The translations under genes and the position numbers were made by a program. The notes beneath the pieces are model-generated. The model worked only from the letters and a program-made list of their open reading frames with translations, was not told where the DNA came from and made no database searches. 32,000 bases of DNA. Origin: Bacillus subtilis subsp. subtilis str. 168. GTDB taxonomy: Bacteria > Bacillota > Bacilli > Bacillales > Bacillaceae. Positions 17,693-25,407 of the stretch are shown piece by piece; the first letter of the stretch is position 1; every line of letters begins with the position of its first letter. Location of the stretch: positions 3,240,001 to 3,272,000 of the forward strand of contig NC_000964.3 of the NCBI RefSeq assembly GCF_000009045.1, read 5' to 3'.

Positions 17693-18061
17693 ATGAGATA
17701 TCGTTATCCCTGGTTTTACGTGTATCCGTATGAGGTACGCCGTCCGCCCGCTCCTGCCAACAATATTGATACCTTTATCCGTTCAGCGAAGCAGGCCGCA
17801 GGGATATTTGCGGATGCCCAGCTCGTTCTCAGCCGCATTGCGGGCTCGCGGGAGCTTTCGCGCCGCATTCTGACCGCAGCCGAACAGTCTGATAAACAAA
17901 CTATAAGGCGCCTGATCAAACAAATGGGCGTCCGGCATGAAGTGGATACGGTCTTTAATCCCGACGGCATCTATATCAGCCTTATCGGAACGCAAAGCCG
18001 AATGATTCTTGCTTTGCGGTGGTCAGAGGACCGCAATCATTTTGCGTCCATAAGATTATGA
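17693..18061 (+). CDS. yuzC: Small basic protein YuzC (function unknown; I recall it reported as spore-coat associated)
   Basis: 122 aa from ATG 17693, with GAGGTG RBS at 17682-17687. Tyr/Pro-rich N-terminus MRYRYPWFYVYPYEVRRPP. TGA at 18059-18061 lies inside the pdeH coding region. Confidence 0.75.
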   Translation: MRYRYPWFYVYPYEVRRPPAPANNIDTFIRSAKQAAGIFADAQLVLSRIAGSRELSRRILTAAEQSDKQTIRRLIKQMGVRHEVDTVFNPDGIYISLIGTQSRMILALRWSEDRNHFASIRL

Positions 18062-19266
18062 CACCATTCCAGAGCCTCTAAATAACATTCATACGCTTCT
18101 TCTTTGTCCAGTTGATTGCCTAATTCTGAGCAAGTGTCCCAGTTGTTGCTTTCAATTAATTTCACAAGCTCAAGCATTTGGTAGTAGTCGTTTTGATGGC
18201 CTAATAATGCTTGCCCGACTTCATCTTTTAAAGGCAATTCTTGAACAATTTCCTCTATTTCTCTATGCAGGAGGGTGTCTATGAGAGAAAACATTCCGAT
18301 CAGCATATAAGAAGCAGGCTGCGGCCGGGATGTCTTTCTCGCCAGCAGTTCGCAAAGCTTTGCTCTTATCAGAGAAATCTTAATGATTTCGTGCTTGCTG
18401 GAATGCCCTTTCCTGCTTAAATCCTTAAAGGAAAGAATATATATCCACCGTTTGATTTCATTAAATCCCAGCAGCATAATGGCCTGTTGAATGCTTTCAA
18501 TTTTCTGGCTCAAACGGCTGTGGGATGAGTTTAAAAATTTTAAAATTTGATAGGACAGTGATAAATCCCGCTCTATGTACTCTGTCACACGCTTTATGTT
18601 AGGCTGCTCTTTACTCAGTTCGTTAAGCAGTTCATAGTAAGAATAGAAATGAGTCGATAGGTCATGCCCGCTGATGATGCGCGGCTCGCTGAAAAAGTAG
18701 CCTTGGAATAATTGAAAGCCGTCTTGGACCGCCTGTTTATATTCTTTTCGGGTCTCTACTTTTTCCGCTAAAAAAATCAGGCCGCGGCAGCCGTAGGTTT
18801 GCAAAATTGTTCTGCGTTCCATTCGTGTTGTTTTGAGAAAATCAATTTTCAATATATCAATATAGCTCATGAGTTTTTCCAGTAAGTCCTCATCTTGCGG
18901 ATTTATTGCATAAAAATCATCAAGCGCCAGCATATACCCCATTTTTTTCAATTCTTTGCATCTAGAAATGAGGGCCGGCGTGATCGGTATATCTTCAAGG
19001 ATTTCAATGACAAGCTGTTTCGGATTGAAGGAGGTGGGAAGATTCGAAAACATCAGGCTTTCCGTAAAATTAACAAAACAGCGTTTCCCTTCCGTCAGCT
19101 TCTCAATTCCGATGTTTAAAAAGCTGTTGATCACCAAATCTGTTGTTGCCTGATCGCCGTCTTTAGCGCTATACACGTTCTCTTCGCTTTCTCTATACAG
19201 CAGTTCATAAGCAACAACCTGTTCTTTTCTATTAAAAATAGGCTGTCTTGCAACAAACACCCTCAT
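18037..19266 (-). CDS. pdeH: c-di-GMP phosphodiesterase: EAL domain plus C-terminal HDOD-like domain
   Basis: 409 aa. EAL-type motifs QPIFNRKEQVVAYELLYR, EILED, LALDDF, LKIDF, AEKVET, QGYFFSEP. AGGGGG RBS 8 nt before the ATG at 19266. Matches PdeH (YuxH). Confidence 0.9.
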   Translation of the reverse strand: MRVFVARQPIFNRKEQVVAYELLYRESEENVYSAKDGDQATTDLVINSFLNIGIEKLTEGKRCFVNFTESLMFSNLPTSFNPKQLVIEILEDIPITPALISRCKELKKMGYMLALDDFYAINPQDEDLLEKLMSYIDILKIDFLKTTRMERRTILQTYGCRGLIFLAEKVETRKEYKQAVQDGFQLFQGYFFSEPRIISGHDLSTHFYSYYELLNELSKEQPNIKRVTEYIERDLSLSYQILKFLNSSHSRLSQKIESIQQAIMLLGFNEIKRWIYILSFKDLSRKGHSSKHEIIKISLIRAKLCELLARKTSRPQPASYMLIGMFSLIDTLLHREIEEIVQELPLKDEVGQALLGHQNDYYQMLELVKLIESNNWDTCSELGNQLDKEEAYECYLEALEWCHNLMDAK

Positions 19267-19322
19267 TGATTTATCCCCCTTACAATACGCGCGGCTTTCA
19301 CCCCTAAGTATATCAAATAATT

Positions 19323-19329
19323 TGACGAA
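19323..19329 (+). promoter_or_regulatory. Candidate Spo0A box in the pdeH promoter region
   Basis: TGACGAA matches the 0A-box consensus TGNCGAA. It lies 57-63 nt upstream of the pdeH ATG, between a -35-like TAGACA (19333-19338, - strand) and a -10-like TATACT (19307-19312, - strand). Confidence 0.4.
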
Positions 19330-19360
19330 AATTGTCTAAACATGAAAAATAATATATACA

Positions 19361-19397
19361 TAAAGAAAACTGGCCCTTCGCGAATGAAAGGCCAGTT
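19361..19397 (-). terminator. Rho-independent terminator of pncB
   Basis: 8-bp stem aactggcc (19368-19375) / ggccagtt (19390-19397). On the - strand it is followed by ttctttat. Lies 6 nt after the pncB stop. Confidence 0.7.
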
Positions 19398-19402
19398 TTT
19401 CT

Positions 19403-20875
19403 TTATTCTTCCTCAAGCTCTTCTTCAATTCTGCTTTTCACTTCGTGGATCCGCTGCATTTTATTGCTCCAGCAGTCCTCGCTTAAATCAACCGGGTATT
19501 CCTCCGGCTTGCTGATTCTCTTATATTCCTCCCAAAGCAGGCTGAGGTTATCCTGCACATACTGCTGTATGTCTGAAATCTCAGGGTTTTGGTAGCAAAG
19601 AATACCCTTCTCAAAAATCAGTTCATGAAGATCCTTCGCATAAAAATTCGTGACAAATTTGCTGATGAATGTATGAACCGGGTGGAACATTCTGAGCCGC
19701 TTCTGATCATTCACCTGCTCATCATAAAGCGCAATATAGTCGCCTTCAGAATGATGGTTGGACTGATTAATAATGCGGTAGACTTTCTTTCTGCCCGGTG
19801 TCGTCACTTTTTCAGGATTGGACGAAATTTTGATCGTGTCGACCATTTTCCCGTCTTCTTCAATGGCAACGAGTTTATAAACTGCGCCGAGAGCCGGCTG
19901 GTCATAGGCAGTGATCAGCTTCGTACCGACACCCCAGACATCAATGCGCGCTCCCTGAGCCTTTAAATTCATAATGGTGTGCTCATCCAAATCGCTTGAA
20001 GCAATCACCTTCGCATCTGTAAATCCTGCTTCATCAAGCATTTTCCGGGCTTTTTTTGACAGGTACGCCAAATCGCCGCTGTCCAGACGGATGCCAATGA
20101 AATTAATGCGGTCGCCGAATTCCTTGGCAACCCTAATCGCGTTCGGCATGCCTGAACGAAGCGTGTCATACGTGTCAACTAAGAAGACGCAATCCTTATG
20201 TGTTTCCGCGTATTTTTTGAAAGCTGTATATTCATCGCGGTAAGCCTGCACAAGCGCATGCGCATGTGTGCCGGAAACCGGGATATTAAAGCGCTTTCCG
20301 GCTCTTACATTGCTTGTCGCGCTAAAGCCGCCGATTAAGGCTGCTCTCGCTCCCCACATGGCCGCATCCATTTCGTGCGCCCGTCTTGTTCCGAATTCAA
20401 GCGCAACTTCATCACCGATGACGCCTTTAATCCGGGCAGCCTTTGTTGCGATTAATGTTTGATAGTTCACAATGTTGAGCAAAGCTGTTTCAATCAGCTG
20501 CGCTTCTACCAGGGGTGCCTCCACCCTCATAATCGGCTCATTGTTAAAAACGAGTTCTCCTTCTTTCATGGAGTAAAGTGAACCTGTAAAAGATAAGCCG
20601 CGCAAATATTCAATAAAATCTTCATGATACCCGAGTTCATCCTGTAAATAACTCAAATCGCTATCCGTAAACTTGAAATTTTCCAAGTATTCAATGGCTT
20701 TTTCCAAGCCCGCAAATACGGCATAGCCATTTTCAAACGGAAGCCTTCTGAAAAACAGCTCAAAAATCGCTTTCTTTTCATGAATGCCGTCTCTCCAGTA
20801 CGTTTCCGCCATATTGATCTGATAAAGGTCTGTATGTAATGACAGGCTGTCATCTTTAAATCCGTACTCTAACAC
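19403..20875 (-). CDS. pncB: Nicotinate phosphoribosyltransferase
   Basis: 490 aa NAPRTase-family sequence. GTG start at 20875 with GGAAGGGG RBS that overlaps the pncA stop codon. Matches PncB (YueK). Confidence 0.93.
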   Translation of the reverse strand: MLEYGFKDDSLSLHTDLYQINMAETYWRDGIHEKKAIFELFFRRLPFENGYAVFAGLEKAIEYLENFKFTDSDLSYLQDELGYHEDFIEYLRGLSFTGSLYSMKEGELVFNNEPIMRVEAPLVEAQLIETALLNIVNYQTLIATKAARIKGVIGDEVALEFGTRRAHEMDAAMWGARAALIGGFSATSNVRAGKRFNIPVSGTHAHALVQAYRDEYTAFKKYAETHKDCVFLVDTYDTLRSGMPNAIRVAKEFGDRINFIGIRLDSGDLAYLSKKARKMLDEAGFTDAKVIASSDLDEHTIMNLKAQGARIDVWGVGTKLITAYDQPALGAVYKLVAIEEDGKMVDTIKISSNPEKVTTPGRKKVYRIINQSNHHSEGDYIALYDEQVNDQKRLRMFHPVHTFISKFVTNFYAKDLHELIFEKGILCYQNPEISDIQQYVQDNLSLLWEEYKRISKPEEYPVDLSEDCWSNKMQRIHEVKSRIEEELEEE

Positions 20876-20890
20876 TGTTTTTCCCCTTCC

Positions 20891-21442
20891 TTACTCTGCC
20901 ACTTGCGCTCCGATGCTGTTTGCAAAATGGGAAAGAGCCCATGCGTGCCCCTCCTGATTAAAGCTGGCAACAGCTTGTTTATGCACAACAATCCGAAAAC
21001 CTTTGTTGTATGCGTCAACAGCTGTATGCAACACACAAATATCTGTGCAGACACCGGCAAGATGCAGTTCGCCAATCTGCCGCTCTCTGAGTTTGAGCTC
21101 TAAATCAGTTCCCGCAAAAGCAGAATATCTCGTTTTTTCCATGTAGTAAACATTAGGTTCATGTTCATGTTTCTGATATAGAGGCAAAAGCTTTCCGTAC
21201 AGATCTTTTCCTTCCGTGCCTTTTATATTATGCGGAGGAAAAAGACGGGTTTCAGGGTGATATTGATCCCCTTCATCATGAGAATCTACTGCTAATACGA
21301 CGTAATCACCGTTTGTGATGAATTCTTTAGTTAAATTGACGATCGCCTCTTCAATCATTCTGCCGGGCTCCCCGCAGGTCAATTTTCCGTCACTCGCCAC
21401 AAAATCATTCGTATAATCAATACAAATAAGTGCTTTTTTCAT
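20891..21442 (-). CDS. pncA: Nicotinamidase (isochorismatase-family hydrolase)
   Basis: 183 aa from the ATG at 21442, with GGGGAGG RBS. Motifs ALICIDYTNDF and LAGVCTDICVLHTA (catalytic Cys). The track's 207-aa ORF has an unsupported N-terminal extension. Confidence 0.92.
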   Translation of the reverse strand: MKKALICIDYTNDFVASDGKLTCGEPGRMIEEAIVNLTKEFITNGDYVVLAVDSHDEGDQYHPETRLFPPHNIKGTEGKDLYGKLLPLYQKHEHEPNVYYMEKTRYSAFAGTDLELKLRERQIGELHLAGVCTDICVLHTAVDAYNKGFRIVVHKQAVASFNQEGHAWALSHFANSIGAQVAE

Positions 21443-21472
21443 AGCCGGCCTCCCCGCCATCAGTATGAGAAC

Positions 21473-21501
21473 ATTATATCTTATCTCCAGTTGTAAGTGA
21501 A
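21473..21501 (-). promoter_or_regulatory. Candidate sigma-A promoter of pncA-pncB
   Basis: On the - strand: TTCACT (21496-21501), 17-nt spacer, TATAAT (21473-21478). Lies about 30 nt upstream of the pncA ATG and directly after the yueI terminator. Confidence 0.45.
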
Positions 21502-21510
21502 TTGCCATGA

Positions 21511-21537
21511 ACAAAAAGACAAACGGTCCGTTTGTCT
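21511..21537 (-). terminator. Rho-independent terminator of yueI
   Basis: Perfect 10-bp arms agacaaacgg (21517-21526) / ccgtttgtct (21528-21537). On the - strand it is followed by ttttgtt. It abuts the yueI stop codon. Confidence 0.7.
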
Positions 21538-21538
21538 C

Positions 21539-21937
21539 TTACGATTTCAGTACTGACCGATTATAAATGTCGTCCTGAATATATATCAATTCACGATTCA
21601 CAGCGATATCAGCCGCAATGACGATGCCTAAGGGCGTATGAAACTGGAGATCAGATACAATCTTGAAAGGCACTCCGTACCGGCTCGCCATTTGGATATA
21701 AGAAGAGTAAGACTGATACTGAAGCTCTCCATTAATCAAAAGGGTGACGTTATGGCTGTTTTTCAGCTCGTGCTCTGCCTCTTTATACGGTTTGCTTCTA
21801 AGCACCTGTCCTTTCGTCAGTGCCAAAACGACTCTTTCTCTTAAAGAGCCTAAAAACAAATGGCGCTCGTCAGGCTTTGTCTCCAAAGGCCCATACATTC
21901 CTTGCTGCAAATAGAGATCCATTTTATCTTCACTCAA
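21539..21937 (-). CDS. yueI: Conserved protein of unknown function (DUF1694-like)
   Basis: 132 aa. TTG start at 21937 with GGGAGGA RBS. Position and sequence match YueI. Confidence 0.8.
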   Translation of the reverse strand: MSEDKMDLYLQQGMYGPLETKPDERHLFLGSLRERVVLALTKGQVLRSKPYKEAEHELKNSHNVTLLINGELQYQSYSSYIQMASRYGVPFKIVSDLQFHTPLGIVIAADIAVNRELIYIQDDIYNRSVLKS

Positions 21938-22008
21938 AAGCCTGTCCTCCCGTCTTGTTTGTCTTCATTATCACCTGATCAGGCAGGAGCTAAACTTTCA
22001 AGCGCCGT

Positions 22009-22257
22009 TTACATTTCTGTTACCCAATGAATGATTTTTTTGGCCAGCTCACCAGCAGGGGTTTCCTCTGTATGCCGGCGCAACGACGCTTCCAGCCGTT
22101 CAGGCAGAGTTGCTTTATCTTCTTCATAGGAAATGATCGTGCTCCACTCCAGCTGCGGTACCGCTACAAGCGTGCGCAGTTCTTTTCTGTTTTCATGCAG
22201 ATACACGTCCGTGATCATTCCGGTTTGCGTATTGATATTTGCTTTTCTGATTTTCAT
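22009..22257 (-). CDS. yueH: Small protein of unknown function
   Basis: 82 aa. ATG at 22257 with GAGAGG RBS at 7-nt spacing. Position matches yueH. Confidence 0.75.
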   Translation of the reverse strand: MKIRKANINTQTGMITDVYLHENRKELRTLVAVPQLEWSTIISYEEDKATLPERLEASLRRHTEETPAGELAKKIIHWVTEM

Positions 22258-22288
22258 AACATGACCTCTCTATTCAAAGACTACCCAT

Positions 22289-22294
22289 ATTATA
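22289..22294 (-). promoter_or_regulatory. Candidate -10 element for yueH
   Basis: Perfect TATAAT on the - strand, 32 nt upstream of the yueH ATG and immediately after the yueG terminator. No convincing -35. Confidence 0.35.
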
Positions 22295-22296
22295 CA

Positions 22297-22331
22297 ATAA
22301 AAAAGCAACAGCCTCTTGTGAAAAGGCTGTT
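22297..22331 (-). terminator. Rho-independent terminator of yueG
   Basis: 7-bp stem aacagcc (22307-22313) / ggctgtt (22325-22331). On the - strand it is followed by gcttttttatt. Overlaps the yueG stop codon. Confidence 0.65.
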
Positions 22332-22551
22332 ACCCGTTAAACGAAACTGTTTCATCAGTGATATCGGCATCTTTGAAGAGAGTTTTACTCGTTTGGTTGT
22401 TAATCTTCACAAAATCACCAAGCTGAAATGTGCCTGACCCCGCCCCTGAATGAGCGACGCTTTTGGGCGAAATCGCAAATACGTCTCCAAAGCTTGCCGC
22501 GGCATTATCCGTAACTGACATGATATAAATCGGCCCCACAATTGCAGGCAT
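22330..22551 (-). CDS. yueG: GerPA/GerPF-family small spore (germination/coat-permeability) protein paralogue
   Basis: 73 aa. GGAGGTGGGG RBS. The sequence pattern (IYIMSV...[10 protein letters not shown]...SGAGSG...GDFVKINN) is typical of GerPF-like proteins. Confidence 0.8.
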
Positions 22552-22610
22552 TTCCCCACCTCCGCATTGATTTACAGCATCATATGCAAGGAGCCGATAA
22601 TGGTGCCCGC

Positions 22611-23720
22611 CTATTCAGCTGGCTTTGCGTTTTCCTCGAGTCGTGACCGCTGGCGCAGCTTGATCAAGCGGACAATATTCAGGAAGAACGCCTTCACTAC
22701 CGCATAAACCGGCACCGCTAAAATCATGCCGAGAATTCCGCCGAAGCTTCCCGCTCCGATTAATAGCAAAATAATCGTAAGCGGATGGGTATTCAGCCGC
22801 TTTCCGATCACAAGAGGAGACAGCAGGTTTCCGTCCAGCTGCTGAACGATGACGACCACAATAATCGCAAACAGCGCTTTGGCCGGCGAGTCCATAAAAC
22901 CGACAATGACAGCCGGCGCGGCACCGAGAAAAGGCCCGACATAGGGAATGATATTGGTAATCGCCATGACAATCCCAAGAATCAGGGCATACGGCAGTCC
23001 GGCAATTAAATAGCCGATAAAACACGCTGTTCCGACAAAAAGACAGATTAACAGCTGCCCCTGGAAATATGCCGCAAGCGTATCGGATAAATCTTTAAAA
23101 ATCTTTAAGCCTTCTGTCCGATAAGAAGCCGGTAGAATTTTTACTGCCAAATGCGGAAAGCGGTGTCCGTCTTTCAGCATGTAAAAAAGGATAAATGGAA
23201 CAGTAATAATAACAAGCGTGATGTTTGTCACGACACCAAACACCGCAGATAAACTGGACGTGATATTTTGCGGCAGGTTTTGGAGAAAACTTGTCAATGA
23301 CTGTTCAATTTTTGATATCGATACATAATCCTGGTTCATCATCCAGGTAAACCATTGAGAATGGGACAAATCCTTTGTCAGCGCCTGAATCTGTTTTATA
23401 TAATCAGGAAGGTTGTTAAACAGCCCTGTCACCTGTGCGGTGATGATAGGTCCGACTGACGCTGAAATAAAGGCAAGCAAACCGATAAACAGTAAATAGA
23501 TCAATAGAATGGATAATGTCCGCGGAATTTTTTTCTCAAGCAGGCGGACGACCGGATTAAATATGAAATACAAAATTCCCGCAATTAGCATCGGGAAAAA
23601 CAATGTCGAGATAAAAACAATAAACGGCTGAAATACAAATGAAACTTTTGTTGCTACAAAAATAATCAGCAAAACAAATAAAATCTGCAATGTCCAAAAA
23701 TGGACTTTTGATTTCAACAA
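22611..23720 (-). CDS. yueF: AI-2E/PerM-family (UPF0118) membrane transporter
   Basis: 369 aa with about 8 TM segments. TTG start at 23720 with GGAGGA RBS at 7-nt spacing. Matches YueF. Confidence 0.85.
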
Positions 23721-23834
23721 GCTTTGTTCCTCCTAGTTTTTCTTTGTCTGTCAGATAAAAGAACTTATACCCCATCATTGTAACAAAAATGAACTCATAT
23801 CAGAACTCTTAATATAATGAAAGGAGTGTTGGTG

Positions 23835-24224
23835 ATGAAGGCCGTGACATACGATACAGATTCAGAACTGGCTTATATCTATGTTCTTCCTCCGAAAAAG
23901 AACAGGAATGTACGGACTGAGGAGCTCAGAGTCAATGATTGTCTCCTGCTGGATATCAGCCAAGATGGCAAAATCGCCGGATTCGAATGTTTTGGTGAGG
24001 CAGCACACCTCTGTGCCCCATTTGCCGGGAAATCCCGGCTGTATGTAAAAGATTCAGACGGTTATCATTTTCGGGTCTGCCAGCATGCTTCAGTCCGTTC
24101 CTGCTATACGGTGTACCGTGTCACTTTCTGTTTTTCAGATGGTGACTATCAGGAATTTGCCGGCTTTGACCTTGATGGAACAATGTATCATAGTGCGTTT
24201 TTACAGCGCTTAACTGAAAAATAG
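23835..24224 (+). CDS. yuzE: DUF2283-like small protein with Cys-rich C-terminal half
   Basis: 129 aa from ATG 23835, with AAGGAG at 23821-23826 (8-nt spacing). The N-terminus YDTDSELAYIYV...DISQDGKIAGFE resembles DUF2283. Confidence 0.7.
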   Translation: MKAVTYDTDSELAYIYVLPPKKNRNVRTEELRVNDCLLLDISQDGKIAGFECFGEAAHLCAPFAGKSRLYVKDSDGYHFRVCQHASVRSCYTVYRVTFCFSDGDYQEFAGFDLDGTMYHSAFLQRLTEK

Positions 24225-24250
24225 GACGTCCTGTTGTACGCCTATTTTTC
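24216..24250. terminator. Weak shared terminator of the convergent genes yuzE and yuzF
   Basis: Bulged 7-bp stem ataggacg (24221-24228) / cgcctat (24239-24245), 10-nt loop. ttttt follows and aaaaa precedes. Confidence 0.35.
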
Positions 24251-24264
24251 ATGCGCAAGCACTG

Positions 24265-24501
24265 TTAGACCCGCTCACTGTAATCTGGGGTGACGGAAAT
24301 CATGTGCTGGATTCTGATCAAACAAACAGAATTTCGGGCTCCTTCAATTGTGATATGGTCAGGTTTTACATCGATCAGTCTGCCTCTGACCGTATCTCGT
24401 ACTGTCTGTATAACGAACCTTGAGCCGATGAGCTTTTTAATGGTCTGATAGACATAAGGATCGACTAAAGAGACCAGTTGCGGACTACCTTGGTTGACCA
24501 T
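24265..24501 (-). CDS. yuzF: Small protein of unknown function (DUF2642-like)
   Basis: 78 aa. ATG at 24501 with AAAGGGGA RBS at 7-nt spacing. Position matches yuzF. Confidence 0.72.
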   Translation of the reverse strand: MVNQGSPQLVSLVDPYVYQTIKKLIGSRFVIQTVRDTVRGRLIDVKPDHITIEGARNSVCLIRIQHMISVTPDYSERV

Positions 24502-24677
24502 ACTTTTATCCCCTTTGTGTGTTTTATCTCAGCTTATGCCGCGCTTATGGATAATGACACAGGCTTACCTGATAAAACAAAGGGGTGCGGAGATTTTAGG
24601 AGAATACGTTTGGAGGCGGGTGTAAAGGAAGTATCGATGAAGCGGAGACAGCGAAGAAAGCTGGCGCTGTTCCGTAC

Positions 24678-25208
24678 TTATACAGGCTTTATCACGGATG
24701 CCTGGGCTTGGTCGATTAATTGGTCCAGCTTTTCTATTTTTTTTCGTGCGGTTGAAGGATCAATTTGGCGGTAATGATGGTGGCCGCCCGGCTCTTCATC
24801 CAGTTCGTCCGCTTTTTTGACAATCTGCTGCAGTGTGTTTTTATCTAATTCGCCTTCAGGCAAATAGGAATCTGTATGAAGCAAAATGGCTAGTGCAATC
24901 TCTTTTGCTGCTTTCGGTTCCTCGCCAAGCCGAATCAGAAGTTTATGCGCCCGTTCCGCCCCTTTAATGGCATGAATGTCATTTCTTTTGTATTTCTCAT
25001 AATCCCACTTTCCGTCTGTATACCATTCATAATGGCCAATGTCATGAAGCAGTGCCGCTTTTGCTGCTAAATCAGGATTAATGTCAGCCTTCACAGACAG
25101 CCTGTATGCATGATAAGCGCAGGCAATCGCATGTGCCACGCCGGAACGCTGAAGATATTTTTGTGCAATTGGATGGGTGAAAACATCCATTAATGTAACC
25201 TTTCTCAT
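24678..25208 (-). CDS. yueE: HD-domain metal-dependent phosphohydrolase
   Basis: 176 aa from the ATG at 25208, with AAAGGAGGGG RBS. HD motif ALLHDIGH, with further His/Asp residues (HAIKGAERAH, LLHTD). Confidence 0.85.
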   Translation of the reverse strand: MRKVTLMDVFTHPIAQKYLQRSGVAHAIACAYHAYRLSVKADINPDLAAKAALLHDIGHYEWYTDGKWDYEKYKRNDIHAIKGAERAHKLLIRLGEEPKAAKEIALAILLHTDSYLPEGELDKNTLQQIVKKADELDEEPGGHHHYRQIDPSTARKKIEKLDQLIDQAQASVIKPV

Positions 25209-25378
25209 GGAAACCCCTCCTTTAGATATTTTTAGAATCCTAACATAATTTGCAGAGAAACTCAATTCTTATGTCACATCATTTTGATCTTCTTATCATC
25301 ATTGTTATACCCTAAAAGCAACGTTTCAGTCAGTATATGCGGCTGTTCAATAAAATGCGCTGGCTGCAGCCTTTTGTA

Positions 25379-25407
25379 TAAAAAAAAGAGCAGAAAATAT
25401 CTGCTCT
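25379..25407 (-). terminator. Rho-independent terminator of yueD
   Basis: 7-bp stem agagcag (25387-25393) / ctgctct (25401-25407), 7-nt loop. On the - strand it is followed by a T-run (+ strand a's 25381-25386). Overlaps the yueD stop codon. Confidence 0.75.

Noticed and set aside
17991-18018. Hairpin cgcaaagc-N12-gctttgcg just beyond the pdeH stop, inside yuzC.
   Set aside because: There is no T/U-tract on either strand, so it is unlikely to be an intrinsic terminator. It also contains a TTGCGG half-site but no partner at ComA-box spacing.
21974-21983. 10-bp perfect palindrome CCTGATCAGG between yueH and yueI.
   Set aside because: It has no loop and no U-tract, so it is not a terminator. 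It is short enough to occur by chance. I cannot link it to any regulator.
22027-22437. 136-aa ORF on the + strand spanning yueH, the yueG terminator and part of yueG.
   Set aside because: It is antisense to two well-supported genes and runs straight through a terminator hairpin. There is no RBS.
23813-23818. Perfect TATAAT just upstream of yuzE.
   Set aside because: A transcript started 6-8 nt downstream would begin inside or after the yuzE RBS (23821-23826), and the -35 region is poor. It is probably a chance match in AT-rich DNA.
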